Below, piece after piece: positions 1-8,610 of a stretch of DNA of 64,000 bases; positions within the stretch are counted from its first letter, which is position 1; each line of letters starts with the position of its first letter. Origin of the DNA: a virus. The notes under the pieces are model-generated. The model made no database searches. It was not told the origin of the DNA and was given only the letters and a program-made list of their open reading frames with translations. The stretch covers positions 53,920 to 117,919 of IMG/VR virus record IMGVR_UViG_3300027808_000009; one strand, 5' to 3'. The position numbers and the translations under genes are program-made.

Positions 1-93
1 GTATCAGATGTAATTGAGTTTTTGAAAAGTCCTTTAAATGAGGATGTTTTAAAAGACTTAAACGCACAGGTTGAAAAACTGTGGAATATGTAA
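1..93 (+). CDS. 3' end of an upstream phage gene (partial, ...EFLKSPLNEDVLKDLNAQVEKLWNM)
   Basis: Frame 1 is open from the window start to TAA at 91-93 and is followed by a terminator hairpin. Confidence 0.6.
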   Translation, partial: VSDVIEFLKSPLNEDVLKDLNAQVEKLWNM

Positions 94-103
94 ATAACTC
101 TAG

Positions 104-133
104 AGTATACCAGTAATGCTGGTATACTTTTTT
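104..133 (+). terminator. Rho-independent terminator
   Basis: Perfect 10-bp stem AGTATACCAG-TAATG-CTGGTATACT followed by a T run. Confidence 0.8.
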
Positions 134-146
134 AAAACTATATATC

Positions 147-317
147 ATGGCTAACGCAAAAGTAAACGCACAAAAAGTTGCAACAGGGAGAGTAGGTGGA
201 ACCAACGCTCCAGTATATGCATTAAAAAATGCAGGTGGAAAAACACCAGGTAAAGTTAACAAACCACAAGCTTCACCTAAAATGAAAATGGGTGGTAGTA
301 AAGGTAAAAAATGTTAA
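147..317 (+). CDS. small basic protein, 56 aa (MANAKVNAQK...MKMGGSKGKKC), not in the ORF track
   Basis: ATG 147 to TAA 317; K/G-rich with the same MKxGG motif as neighbouring genes. Confidence 0.75.
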   Translation: MANAKVNAQKVATGRVGGTNAPVYALKNAGGKTPGKVNKPQASPKMKMGGSKGKKC

Positions 318-328
318 TCTGAAAGATC

Positions 329-1618
329 ATGGCTAGTAAAATTAATCCTAAAGGTATTTCAAACCTTAAACCAAAAGGACCAAATCCAAAGGGTATAAAT
401 AAAGTATCTCCTGCAGCAAAAATTAATCCAAAAGGTATTAACCCAAATGGTATTAATCAAACTAGACCTGGAGTTAATTCTGGTGGAATTAATCCTGGTG
501 GAATAAACCCATCTTCATCTAACAGAACTAGTAAACCTGTAAAATCTATGCAAAAACCTGTTAGGTCAAGTGCTAAACCAGTACGCTCAGGATCTACATC
601 TTCTACTAAAGCACCAGCTCCAAAAGCAACTACCGTTACAAAAACAGAACCTTTATCTTCTAAAACTGCAAATAGAACTAGTAGACCAGTAAGATCAGGA
701 GCAAAACCAGTACGTACAGGAAGTAAACCAGTTAGAACAGGAAGTAAACAAATCAAGACTGGTAAAGGTACAAGTTTTAAATCAGCACCAAAACCAGTTT
801 CAGGTTCAACATCAGTAGCACCAAAATCTAATGTAGGAAGTGGAATTAGTAAATTAAAGGGTGCAGCTGGAAAATTAAAAGGTGTTGCAGGTAAAGCAGC
901 AGGTGCCGCAGCATTAGTACAACTTGGTTCAATGGTTTATAATGATGTCAATGAACGTTCAAAAGCAATGTTTAAAAGAGTAAAAGCTAAAGAAGAAAAA
1001 GCTAAAAAAGATAAAAAAGCTAATGATAATAATAATGCTGATAAAAGTAAAGTTGCTGGAAAAGATAAATGGGGAAGATCTCCATCAGATAAATGGTATG
1101 GATTTAATCCAGAAAAGAAAAAGTATGAAGCTCCAACAGTAAAGAAAGAAGATAATAAAAAATCTGATACTAAAGTTGAAGTTAAAAAACCTGTTGTAAC
1201 TCCAAAAGTTACTACACCAAAAACTACAACTCCTGCAGTTAAAAAAGCTGAACCAGTTGGTACATTAGCTCCTAAGTCTACTTCAACAATTGCTAGTAAA
1301 TCATTAGAAGAAGCTAAAACAGTTACACCAGCTAAAACTACTACTACCACTACTCCTGCAAGTACAACAGCTACTACAAGTTCAACTAGTACATCTAGTA
1401 CAACTTCTCCAACAGTAACAGGTATGCAACCGAGAGCTACAATTGGAAATAAGATTAGAGGTATGTTAAATGAGAGTAGAGAAAGAAGAGCAGGAAGAGC
1501 TGCTTCAAGGGGTAATGAAGATAGATCAGAAAGACTAAAAGAAAAGATTTCTGCTACAGAGAAAAAAATGATGATGAAAAAAGGTGGTGTAGTTAAATAT
1601 AAATCTAAAAAGAAATAA
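329..1618 (+). CDS. low-complexity basic repeat protein, putative virion core/DNA-condensing protein
   Basis: 429 aa; INPKGIN and KPVR(S/T)G repeats, K/T/S/P-rich, C-terminal MMMKKGGVVKYKSKKK. Confidence 0.6.
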   Translation: MASKINPKGISNLKPKGPNPKGINKVSPAAKINPKGINPNGINQTRPGVNSGGINPGGINPSSSNRTSKPVKSMQKPVRSSAKPVRSGSTSSTKAPAPKATTVTKTEPLSSKTANRTSRPVRSGAKPVRTGSKPVRTGSKQIKTGKGTSFKSAPKPVSGSTSVAPKSNVGSGISKLKGAAGKLKGVAGKAAGAAALVQLGSMVYNDVNERSKAMFKRVKAKEEKAKKDKKANDNNNADKSKVAGKDKWGRSPSDKWYGFNPEKKKYEAPTVKKEDNKKSDTKVEVKKPVVTPKVTTPKTTTPAVKKAEPVGTLAPKSTSTIASKSLEEAKTVTPAKTTTTTTPASTTATTSSTSTSSTTSPTVTGMQPRATIGNKIRGMLNESRERRAGRAASRGNEDRSERLKEKISATEKKMMMKKGGVVKYKSKKK

Positions 1619-1620
1619 TC

Positions 1621-2136
1621 ATGAAAAAGTTAGGATGCGCAAAATGCGGTGGTACTAAAAAAATGAAACTCGGTGGTACTAATAATGTTAATATTAGTAA
1701 ACCAGGTGCAGGTTTTGCAAAAGAAACCAAAGGTGATACTAATCAAAAGATGGGTATTTATGGTATTGCTCAAACTGGCCCAACTGGTCCAAATAATTCT
1801 GGTATTGCTACCATGAAAAAAGGTGGTACTAAAAAAGAACATCCAATTACTACTTTTAGAAAAGCTAATGATGCTAGAAATGCAATGGTAATGAAATCTT
1901 TACCTAAAGCAAAAGACGGTGTGTCAACTCTTGCTACTGAATTATATGGTACGAAAAAAGAAACTATTGGTAAAAATGTAAATACCAATAGAGTACTTGA
2001 TAATAAAGGTAGAATAATAGGTTCTAGACCTACAAAAATGTCTACAAGTTCTAAAATTTCAGGTAATAACTCTAATGTTACTAATACTCCTCTTTTTAAA
2101 AAGAAAGGTGGAGTAGTTAAATCTAAAAAGAAATAG
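1621..2136 (+). CDS. basic xxGG-motif protein, putative core protein
   Basis: MKLGG, MKKGG and FKKKGGVVKSKKK; C-terminus nearly identical to that of the previous gene. Confidence 0.65.
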   Translation: MKKLGCAKCGGTKKMKLGGTNNVNISKPGAGFAKETKGDTNQKMGIYGIAQTGPTGPNNSGIATMKKGGTKKEHPITTFRKANDARNAMVMKSLPKAKDGVSTLATELYGTKKETIGKNVNTNRVLDNKGRIIGSRPTKMSTSSKISGNNSNVTNTPLFKKKGGVVKSKKK

Positions 2137-2138
2137 TC

Positions 2139-2516
2139 ATGGCAACTACTAATAGAGCAGTTAAAACATCTTGCAAAAATACTAAAGTAAGAACAGCTGC
2201 AGGTGCATGTGCTCCTGAAAGAAAACCTATGATGAAATCTGGTGGAACTAGTCCATTTGGTATTCTATCTATTATAGCTGGTATAGATAATAATCCTGGT
2301 AAATCTAAAGCAGATAGAATCGCTGGTGCAAAAATGAACAATAAGACAATGAAAGCTGGAGGTACTACACATCCAGGTTTCAAATCTGTACAATCTAAGA
2401 TTGCTGCTAAACAAGGTGTAAGTAAACAAGCTGCTGGAGCTATACTAGCTTCATCAACTAGAAAAGCTAGTGCTAAAGCTAAATCTGCTAATCCTAGACT
2501 TAAAAAAGTAAAATAA
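2139..2516 (+). CDS. basic xxGG-motif protein
   Basis: MMKSGG, MKAGG; C-terminal HPGFKSVQSKIAAKQG...NPRLKKVK segment of a type seen in aquatic phages. Confidence 0.65.
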   Translation: MATTNRAVKTSCKNTKVRTAAGACAPERKPMMKSGGTSPFGILSIIAGIDNNPGKSKADRIAGAKMNNKTMKAGGTTHPGFKSVQSKIAAKQGVSKQAAGAILASSTRKASAKAKSANPRLKKVK

Positions 2517-2521
2517 TTGTT

Positions 2522-2860
2522 ATGCCAAAAGATGCTTGTTATAGTAAAGTAAAATCTTCTTATGCTGTGTTTCCATCAGCAAGAGCTTCTCAAGCTATTG
2601 CTAAATGTAGGAAAGGTTCAGGTACTGTTAGAAAAACAGAAGCTGGTACTAAACTTAAAAGATGGCAAGCAGAAAAGTGGCAAGATACAAAATCAGGAAA
2701 AGCTTGTGGGGCTGGTGGTAAAAATGAATACTGCCGGCCAACTAAGAAAGTATCTAAGGATACACCTAAAACTAAGTATGAACTTACTCCTTCTAAACTA
2801 GCTGCAAAGAAAGCTGAAAAGTCTAAAGTAGGTATGGGTAGAAGAGTTAAAAATGTATAG
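2522..2860 (+). CDS. conserved basic phage protein
   Basis: 112 aa, K/R-rich; CYSKVK...FPSA, LKRWQAEKW and CRPTKKVSKDTPKT motifs; tightly packed in the operon. Confidence 0.65.
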   Translation: MPKDACYSKVKSSYAVFPSARASQAIAKCRKGSGTVRKTEAGTKLKRWQAEKWQDTKSGKACGAGGKNEYCRPTKKVSKDTPKTKYELTPSKLAAKKAEKSKVGMGRRVKNV

Positions 2861-2862
2861 TT

Positions 2863-3423
2863 ATGGCAACTAAAGTTAAACTTACTACAGGTACTGAAAA
2901 GCATGTAGTATATAAAAAGACTACTAAAAGAGGTGAAGGTAAAGTTGGTGATATCATGGTGAATCATACAAATAAAAATAAAGGTTCATATGATACTATT
3001 AGCTTAACTAGAACAGCAAATGCTAAAACTGTTAAGCAAGGTGTTAAAGCTGAAAAGGATTGGCATAAGCAAAATGATAAAATACCTAAAGGTTCTCATA
3101 AAATGCCTGATGGTACTATTATGAAAAATAGTGCACATAAAATGAAGACTGGAGGAACTACTGCAGCTTGGACACGCAAGGAAGGTAAAAATCAAACAGG
3201 TGGTTTAAATGCTAAAGGAGTAGCTTCTTATAGAGCTGCTAATCCTGGTAGTAAACTTAAGATGGCTGTTACAACTAAACCTTCTAAACTTAATCCTGAT
3301 AGCAAAGATGCTAAGAGACGTAAAAGTTTTTGTGCAAGAATGTCAGGGATGCCAGGTCCTGCTAAAAAACCAAATGGAGAACCAACAAGAAAAACTCTTG
3401 CTTTAAGAAAGTGGAACTGTTAA
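2863..3423 (+). CDS. basic phage protein, C-terminal half resembling DUF6321
   Basis: MKTGG linker, then AWTRKEGKN..GGLNAKG...RRKSFCARM...ALRKWNC (family recalled, not searched). Confidence 0.6.
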   Translation: MATKVKLTTGTEKHVVYKKTTKRGEGKVGDIMVNHTNKNKGSYDTISLTRTANAKTVKQGVKAEKDWHKQNDKIPKGSHKMPDGTIMKNSAHKMKTGGTTAAWTRKEGKNQTGGLNAKGVASYRAANPGSKLKMAVTTKPSKLNPDSKDAKRRKSFCARMSGMPGPAKKPNGEPTRKTLALRKWNC

Positions 3424-3435
3424 AATAAATAACAA

Positions 3436-4134
3436 ATGCAGAATAGTGTATTAGTAATAAAAGTAAAGCAGCGTTTAAATAAATTGGACAGCCAAGATTA
3501 CGATAACATAGAGTGCTGGCAAGTTGTAGAGGCGTTTAATAAAGCTCAAGTAGAATGGGTTAGAAGACAACTTCATGGTATTAATATTGTGAAAGAAGGT
3601 GATGAGCAATCAACTAGAAGAATAGATGATTTACAAATATTACTAGGAACTATTGATGTGCCATTTGTTAAAGGTGATATATCATCTTACTCTGACTTAC
3701 CAACTAATTATCTACAATGGAAACGTGTAGATATTATAGCTAAGAAAGGATGTTGTGATGATAGAAGAATGTCAGTGTATCTTGCAGAGGAAGGTAACTT
3801 AAATCAGTTACTTTTTGATAATGCTAAAAGACCTAGTTTTGAGTGGGCAGAAACATTTGCTACTTTAAAGAGTAATAAAGTTAATGTATACACTAATAAT
3901 GATTTTGATATTAGTTCTGGTGCATTAACATATTTTAGACAACCGGTAAGAATAGAAGTACTAGGTTGTGTAGATCCTTATACAAGTGTTCAAACTACAG
4001 TAAATGTAGAATGTGAATTTAAAGATGATATTGTAGAAGTACTAATAGATGAAGCAGCAAGTATTCTAGCTGGTGATATTGAATCTGGTAACCAATTCTC
4101 TAGAGGAACAGAGACAGCAGAAAGAAACAATTAA
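3436..4134 (+). CDS. crAss-like ring / head-tail connector protein
   Basis: 232 aa; RLNKLDSQDYDNI...FNKAQ N-terminus, YFRQP motif and DEAASILAGD helix typical of crAss-like ring proteins; synteny. Confidence 0.65.
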   Translation: MQNSVLVIKVKQRLNKLDSQDYDNIECWQVVEAFNKAQVEWVRRQLHGINIVKEGDEQSTRRIDDLQILLGTIDVPFVKGDISSYSDLPTNYLQWKRVDIIAKKGCCDDRRMSVYLAEEGNLNQLLFDNAKRPSFEWAETFATLKSNKVNVYTNNDFDISSGALTYFRQPVRIEVLGCVDPYTSVQTTVNVECEFKDDIVEVLIDEAASILAGDIESGNQFSRGTETAERNN

Positions 4135-4145
4135 TATTTATAACA

Positions 4146-4643
4146 ATGGAACAAACAAGAATGCTAAAAAGAAATACTGATACTACAAAAATTAGTAGAC
4201 CTCAACCTAAAGTTGAGCAAGCTAAACCTGAACCTGTTATAAATTCTGGTGTAGGTGGTAGTTCATTAGATACAATGGTTGCTGCTTGTGCTACTGAATT
4301 AATGAATGCAAGAACAAGTATTCATAAATTACATTTAAAAGTAACAGGAGAGGGATCCTTTGCAGCACATACAGCATTGAATGAATTATATGATGCTTTA
4401 CCAGGACATGCAGATACTCTTGTAGAAGGATATCAAGGAGCAGCTGAAAAAATTCTTTCTTATAGTGAAGTAGCTCCAAGAACTCTTGACACTGTAGTAG
4501 ATGGTGTAAATTATCTTAGAGACATTTATGCAATGATAAATAAATTACAAGGTAAACTACCTTATTCAGAAATAGTAAATAACCTAGATCTTGTTAAAGA
4601 TTCTATTAATTCTGCTAAATACAAATTATTATTTTTAAAATAA
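4146..4643 (+). CDS. Dps/ferritin-like four-helix protein (DUF5856-like)
   Basis: IHKLHLKVTGEGSFAAHTALNELYDAL..HADTLVEGYQG and NNLDLVKDSINSAKYKLLFLK match the Dps-like helical pattern. Confidence 0.75.
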   Translation: MEQTRMLKRNTDTTKISRPQPKVEQAKPEPVINSGVGGSSLDTMVAACATELMNARTSIHKLHLKVTGEGSFAAHTALNELYDALPGHADTLVEGYQGAAEKILSYSEVAPRTLDTVVDGVNYLRDIYAMINKLQGKLPYSEIVNNLDLVKDSINSAKYKLLFLK

Positions 4644-4705
4644 TTTTGCTAAAACAAAATGTTTTAGTATATTATATATATGTTTATAAATTAAAATTAA
4701 AAATT

Positions 4706-6010
4706 ATGGCTTATTTTAATCATGCCTTTCAAAAGGCTTTTGTTGGAACACAAGGTTTCACAAATCTTAATGATGGACAATTAGGAACACCAGGTAACAT
4801 TCTTACTACAGGTGATTTTGCTTTTGTTGATCCAAAAACTTGGGATATTGTTAATATTAACTCAGCACCTTCAGGATGTTGCCCATTAATTCTTGCTTCA
4901 GGATCATTGTATTCTAAAGATAAGATTGGTTCTCATGGTGGGTACTTAGAATCTAACAAATCTAAAACTATTAATCCTAAATACATTAATAGATTTTACA
5001 GAGTAGATCCTAATCCAGCTCAACAAAATGTAATTAACATTGGATTCACTCCATTTACTGCAGCACAAGGTGGTTCATGTGAGAGAGATTTTTTATGTGA
5101 TGAGACTTATTCTTTACGTATTGACGTTAAAGGTTCTCCAGCATTAAGATTCTTAAATCACAATGCTTACTTAACTGTTGAAGCTTACACAGGATGTTGT
5201 CCAGCAGGTTCAATTGCTCCAGTAGATGTTGATGGTACTTTAGTAATGATCCAATGGGCTCAAGCAATTGTTGGTGAGATTTTACCAAATACAATTGTTA
5301 ATTCAGCAAGAACAATTATCTCTCCATTTGTATTACCAGTAGTTACTGCTGAAGATAATTCTTTATGGTATGCTCCAGGAACTGTTACTGCAGGTTTAGT
5401 AGCTCCAGCTGGTTACACTATCGGTGGTACTTGGGATAACTATGTATCTCCAGGACACGTAGTAGGTCAATACGCAGGTATTACTTTATTTGGTGCTTAT
5501 GTTGGAACTGATTTCAGTGACTGTACATTCCAAACTTCTGACTTCTTTGAAAAAGAGCCAGTTAAATTGTATGCTTCTTTAGTTGATTATAATGGTGCTC
5601 CATGTGAATTTGAAGGATTATGTGTTGTTACTGAGTGTACAGGTTTACAAGCAATGGGTCTTGGTGAATCAGTTGCAAGAGATGTAATCTTATCTGAAAG
5701 ATACAGACAAAACTTCTTTGCTACAGATTTAAGAATCAGAGAGGTGACTCAAGGAAATGAGATTTTAAATACTATCAATAGAACAGCTTTCTATACAAGA
5801 TACTATTTACAACATTCAGTTCCACGTTTCAATAACCCAACTGGTACATTTGATAATGATCAATACTTATTAGAGATTATCACTGATGGTCCTGATTCAA
5901 CATTTGAACAATTTGTTGCTTCATGGACTGATAACTGTGGTCAATGTATTGAGTTAGAAGTAATTGAAGCTATCACAGCTTGTGTTCCTTTAATTGACAT
6001 TACTGCTTAA
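4706..6010 (+). CDS. virion structural protein, probable auxiliary capsid/decoration protein
   Basis: Likely start MAYFNHAF at 4706 after an A-rich leader; 434 aa, beta-rich; has its own upstream promoter-like motif and downstream terminator; position matches the crAss-like structural block. Confidence 0.55.
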   Translation: MAYFNHAFQKAFVGTQGFTNLNDGQLGTPGNILTTGDFAFVDPKTWDIVNINSAPSGCCPLILASGSLYSKDKIGSHGGYLESNKSKTINPKYINRFYRVDPNPAQQNVINIGFTPFTAAQGGSCERDFLCDETYSLRIDVKGSPALRFLNHNAYLTVEAYTGCCPAGSIAPVDVDGTLVMIQWAQAIVGEILPNTIVNSARTIISPFVLPVVTAEDNSLWYAPGTVTAGLVAPAGYTIGGTWDNYVSPGHVVGQYAGITLFGAYVGTDFSDCTFQTSDFFEKEPVKLYASLVDYNGAPCEFEGLCVVTECTGLQAMGLGESVARDVILSERYRQNFFATDLRIREVTQGNEILNTINRTAFYTRYYLQHSVPRFNNPTGTFDNDQYLLEIITDGPDSTFEQFVASWTDNCGQCIELEVIEAITACVPLIDITA

Positions 6011-6035
6011 TAAGTAGATGACTTACAATACTAAC

Positions 6036-6070
6036 AAAGGGAGGTGAATTAGTTTTCCCTCCCTTTTTTT
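6036..6070 (+). terminator. Rho-independent terminator
   Basis: AAAGGGAGG...CCTCCC stem followed by T7. Confidence 0.8.
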
Positions 6071-6080
6071 ATAAATAATT

Positions 6081-6623
6081 ATGGCACATCATATATTAAG
6101 TTTAGAAATACCAACTGTATTAAATACATGTATAATGTCAGTACTTGATACAAGTGTATATACACAATCAATTACTGTATCATGTCCTGCATTAAATGTA
6201 ACAGTACCAGGATTTAATTACTCAACACAACTTACAATTGTACCAGGAGATAATACAATTCTTACAGCATGTGATTTACAGTTACAAACACAAAACTGTG
6301 CAACTGTTTTAAGTGATCTACCAGATGGTATATATGCATTTAAGTATAGTGTATCACCAAATGATTTAGTATTTGTAGAGTATAATCATTTAAGAATATC
6401 TAAAGCATTAAATACTTATAATACTATTTTATGTAATTTAGATCTTGCTGCGTGTGAGCCACCAGCAAATATTAAACAAAAGCTGGAAAAATTAAAAATG
6501 GCAAAAATGTACTTGGATGCTGCTAAAGCAAAAGTAGAGTTCTGTCATGAACCAGGAAATGGAATGTCTCTTTACAACTATGCTGTAAAGTTGATGAAAA
6601 AGATTGAGTGTAAAAATTGTTAA
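6081..6623 (+). CDS. conserved virion structural protein (ring/collar-type)
   Basis: 180 aa; LPDGIYAFKYSVSPN motif and Cys-containing C-terminal helices; synteny with the crAss-like structural block. Confidence 0.55.
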   Translation: MAHHILSLEIPTVLNTCIMSVLDTSVYTQSITVSCPALNVTVPGFNYSTQLTIVPGDNTILTACDLQLQTQNCATVLSDLPDGIYAFKYSVSPNDLVFVEYNHLRISKALNTYNTILCNLDLAACEPPANIKQKLEKLKMAKMYLDAAKAKVEFCHEPGNGMSLYNYAVKLMKKIECKNC

Positions 6624-6641
6624 CCCTTAAAAACCAACAAG

Positions 6642-6776
6642 ATGGCAAATTGTCCAAACTGCAAAATAAGATTATCATGTGGATGTCAAAAAAGAGTTGC
6701 ATCAGATAAAACACAAGTATGTACTGCTTGTATTAGTAAATATGAAATTAAACTTAAGCAACAACCAAAAAAATAA
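6642..6776 (+). CDS. 44-aa Cys-rich (zinc-finger-like) protein, not in the ORF track
   Basis: MANCPNCKIRLSCGCQKRVASDKTQVCTACISKYEIKLKQQPKK; CxxC-CxC-CxxC; fills the gap between neighbouring genes exactly. Confidence 0.7.
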   Translation: MANCPNCKIRLSCGCQKRVASDKTQVCTACISKYEIKLKQQPKK

Positions 6777-6782
6777 AATATA

Positions 6783-8576
6783 ATGGCAGGATCGATGACA
6801 TTCAGATGTTGTAATATATCAGTTACAACAATATATCAAAGTGACTGTGGTGGAGGTACATCTGCATCATGTCCAATTACTGGTAATGTATATAGATTAA
6901 TTATTAACAATGTAAGATCAAATGAATGTTGGGAAGCAGTTGATGGTTATTATCCAGAAGCTATAACTGCAATTATTACATATGATGCTTCATATGAACC
7001 ATATGATTCATGTAATGATTGTTTACAACATAATTATAAATTATATAACTGTTTTGATGATACTATAATATATACTAACTATCTTGAATGCCCCAATTGT
7101 ATAAATTATATTAATCAAATGATGTATACTAATATTGAACCAAATCCATGTTGGTACATTACTGTTGCATCATTACCAATTGGACCAATAATTCCAGTAT
7201 TAGAATTAGAGGGTTTTTGTGATCCTTGTGATCCAAGTTGTTATATTATTACGGGTATAGGTGTCATAACTTATTTTAATCAGTACTATGAACTAGCAAC
7301 AGCAGATGCTCCAGCAAGAGTATGTGCGTCATCTTATCCATCTGTATCAGGAATTAATTATACAATTACTCAAGATGGAGACTGTTCATATAGAAACTCT
7401 TGTCCAACTTATTGTTATGAATTAACTAATTGTATAACTGAAGAAGTAATCAGATCAACAAATCAAGATCTTGCATTTCCATTTGTATTAAATGAAACTA
7501 TTGAGATTGCTGAACGTGATGGTTGTTGGACAATAACTAGAGCATTAGTTGAAATATGCACAGGAGTTATTGAAACTACTATTATAAATACATATGCAAA
7601 TTGTGAAGATTGTATACCAGCTTTTTATTATAGATTAGAATCATGTGGTAACTCAGAACCAATTATACTTTATACATCTCAAGATTTATCAGCGTATGTT
7701 GGTCAAACTGTATCATTAAATGATTATATTGGGTGTTATAATGTAACAATATATCAAGGTCAAGTACCTAATCCAGTAACAATATCATTTAAAAATAATT
7801 ATCCTGACTGTATTGAATGTGCATTACCAAGATATAAATTAATTGATTGTGATGGTATAAGACCAAGTATATATACTACTACAGATGTATCTGCATATTT
7901 ATCTTCAGTAATTAAACTTACATTTTATCCTGATACTTGTTGGACGGTTGAAACAACAACTATTAATTCATCAGATGATTTAGTAATTATTGATAAAGAG
8001 TTTACAGATTGTCAAGAGTGTTCAATTGATTACCCATGTATATGTAGTACAGTAACAAATAATAGTGATTTTACTCAAACTTTTACATATAGAGATTGTG
8101 ATGGTAATACAGAAGGTAATGATATTATACTTGCACCAGGTGAAGTAAGTATTAAACACTGTGTATTAAAATGGATATTTCCTGAGTTCTGGACTCTACC
8201 AAAAATCATTACTGAGTATGGTGAATGTGTAGAGGGCAAATGTGTTGTTGTATTACCTTTTAGAAGTGTAAGACCAGGTTATAATTCTCCATCATGTTCA
8301 GTACAATACTATGAAAGAATTGCATGTGAGTATGCAGAAATACTTTATAGAGATGTAATAGCTCAAAGATATGGTATTGCACCATGTTGTTCTGAAGAAG
8401 AATTATACAGAATAGATATTAAATTCCAATTACTTGAATTACAAGCAATTAATAATCTTGATTATTTATGTGCACAATTTAATCCATGTTGTCATAGAGA
8501 TGATAGTTGTGGATGCGGTTGTAATAATAACTCATGTCAACAAACTACAAATTGCGGATGTGGTTGTAATTCTTAA
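6783..8576 (+). CDS. Cys-rich repeat structural protein (fibre/collar-associated)
   Basis: 597 aa with about 70-aa repeats Y-x-L-x-x-C...C-[WY]...[YF]-x-x-C-x-x-C; Cys-rich tail. Confidence 0.55.
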   Translation: MAGSMTFRCCNISVTTIYQSDCGGGTSASCPITGNVYRLIINNVRSNECWEAVDGYYPEAITAIITYDASYEPYDSCNDCLQHNYKLYNCFDDTIIYTNYLECPNCINYINQMMYTNIEPNPCWYITVASLPIGPIIPVLELEGFCDPCDPSCYIITGIGVITYFNQYYELATADAPARVCASSYPSVSGINYTITQDGDCSYRNSCPTYCYELTNCITEEVIRSTNQDLAFPFVLNETIEIAERDGCWTITRALVEICTGVIETTIINTYANCEDCIPAFYYRLESCGNSEPIILYTSQDLSAYVGQTVSLNDYIGCYNVTIYQGQVPNPVTISFKNNYPDCIECALPRYKLIDCDGIRPSIYTTTDVSAYLSSVIKLTFYPDTCWTVETTTINSSDDLVIIDKEFTDCQECSIDYPCICSTVTNNSDFTQTFTYRDCDGNTEGNDIILAPGEVSIKHCVLKWIFPEFWTLPKIITEYGECVEGKCVVVLPFRSVRPGYNSPSCSVQYYERIACEYAEILYRDVIAQRYGIAPCCSEEELYRIDIKFQLLELQAINNLDYLCAQFNPCCHRDDSCGCGCNNNSCQQTTNCGCGCNS

Positions 8577-8610
8577 TTAAAATACTTATATTATAATATA
8601 TACAAAAGAT

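Noticed and set aside
457-1350. Antisense ORFs 457-756 and 937-1350, and the many other short opposite-strand or nested ORFs in the track
   Set aside because: Shadows of low-complexity or long coding genes; no motifs or plausible translation context
4646-4705. ORF-track start at 4646 (TTG) and start at 53452 for the MazG-like gene
   Set aside because: Upstream extensions are AT-rich promoter/terminator sequence; ATGs at 4706 and 53401 have typical A-rich Bacteroidota leaders
4706-6010. Major capsid protein assignment
   Set aside because: No HK97-fold signature recognisable by eye; by synteny the MCP probably lies upstream of the window
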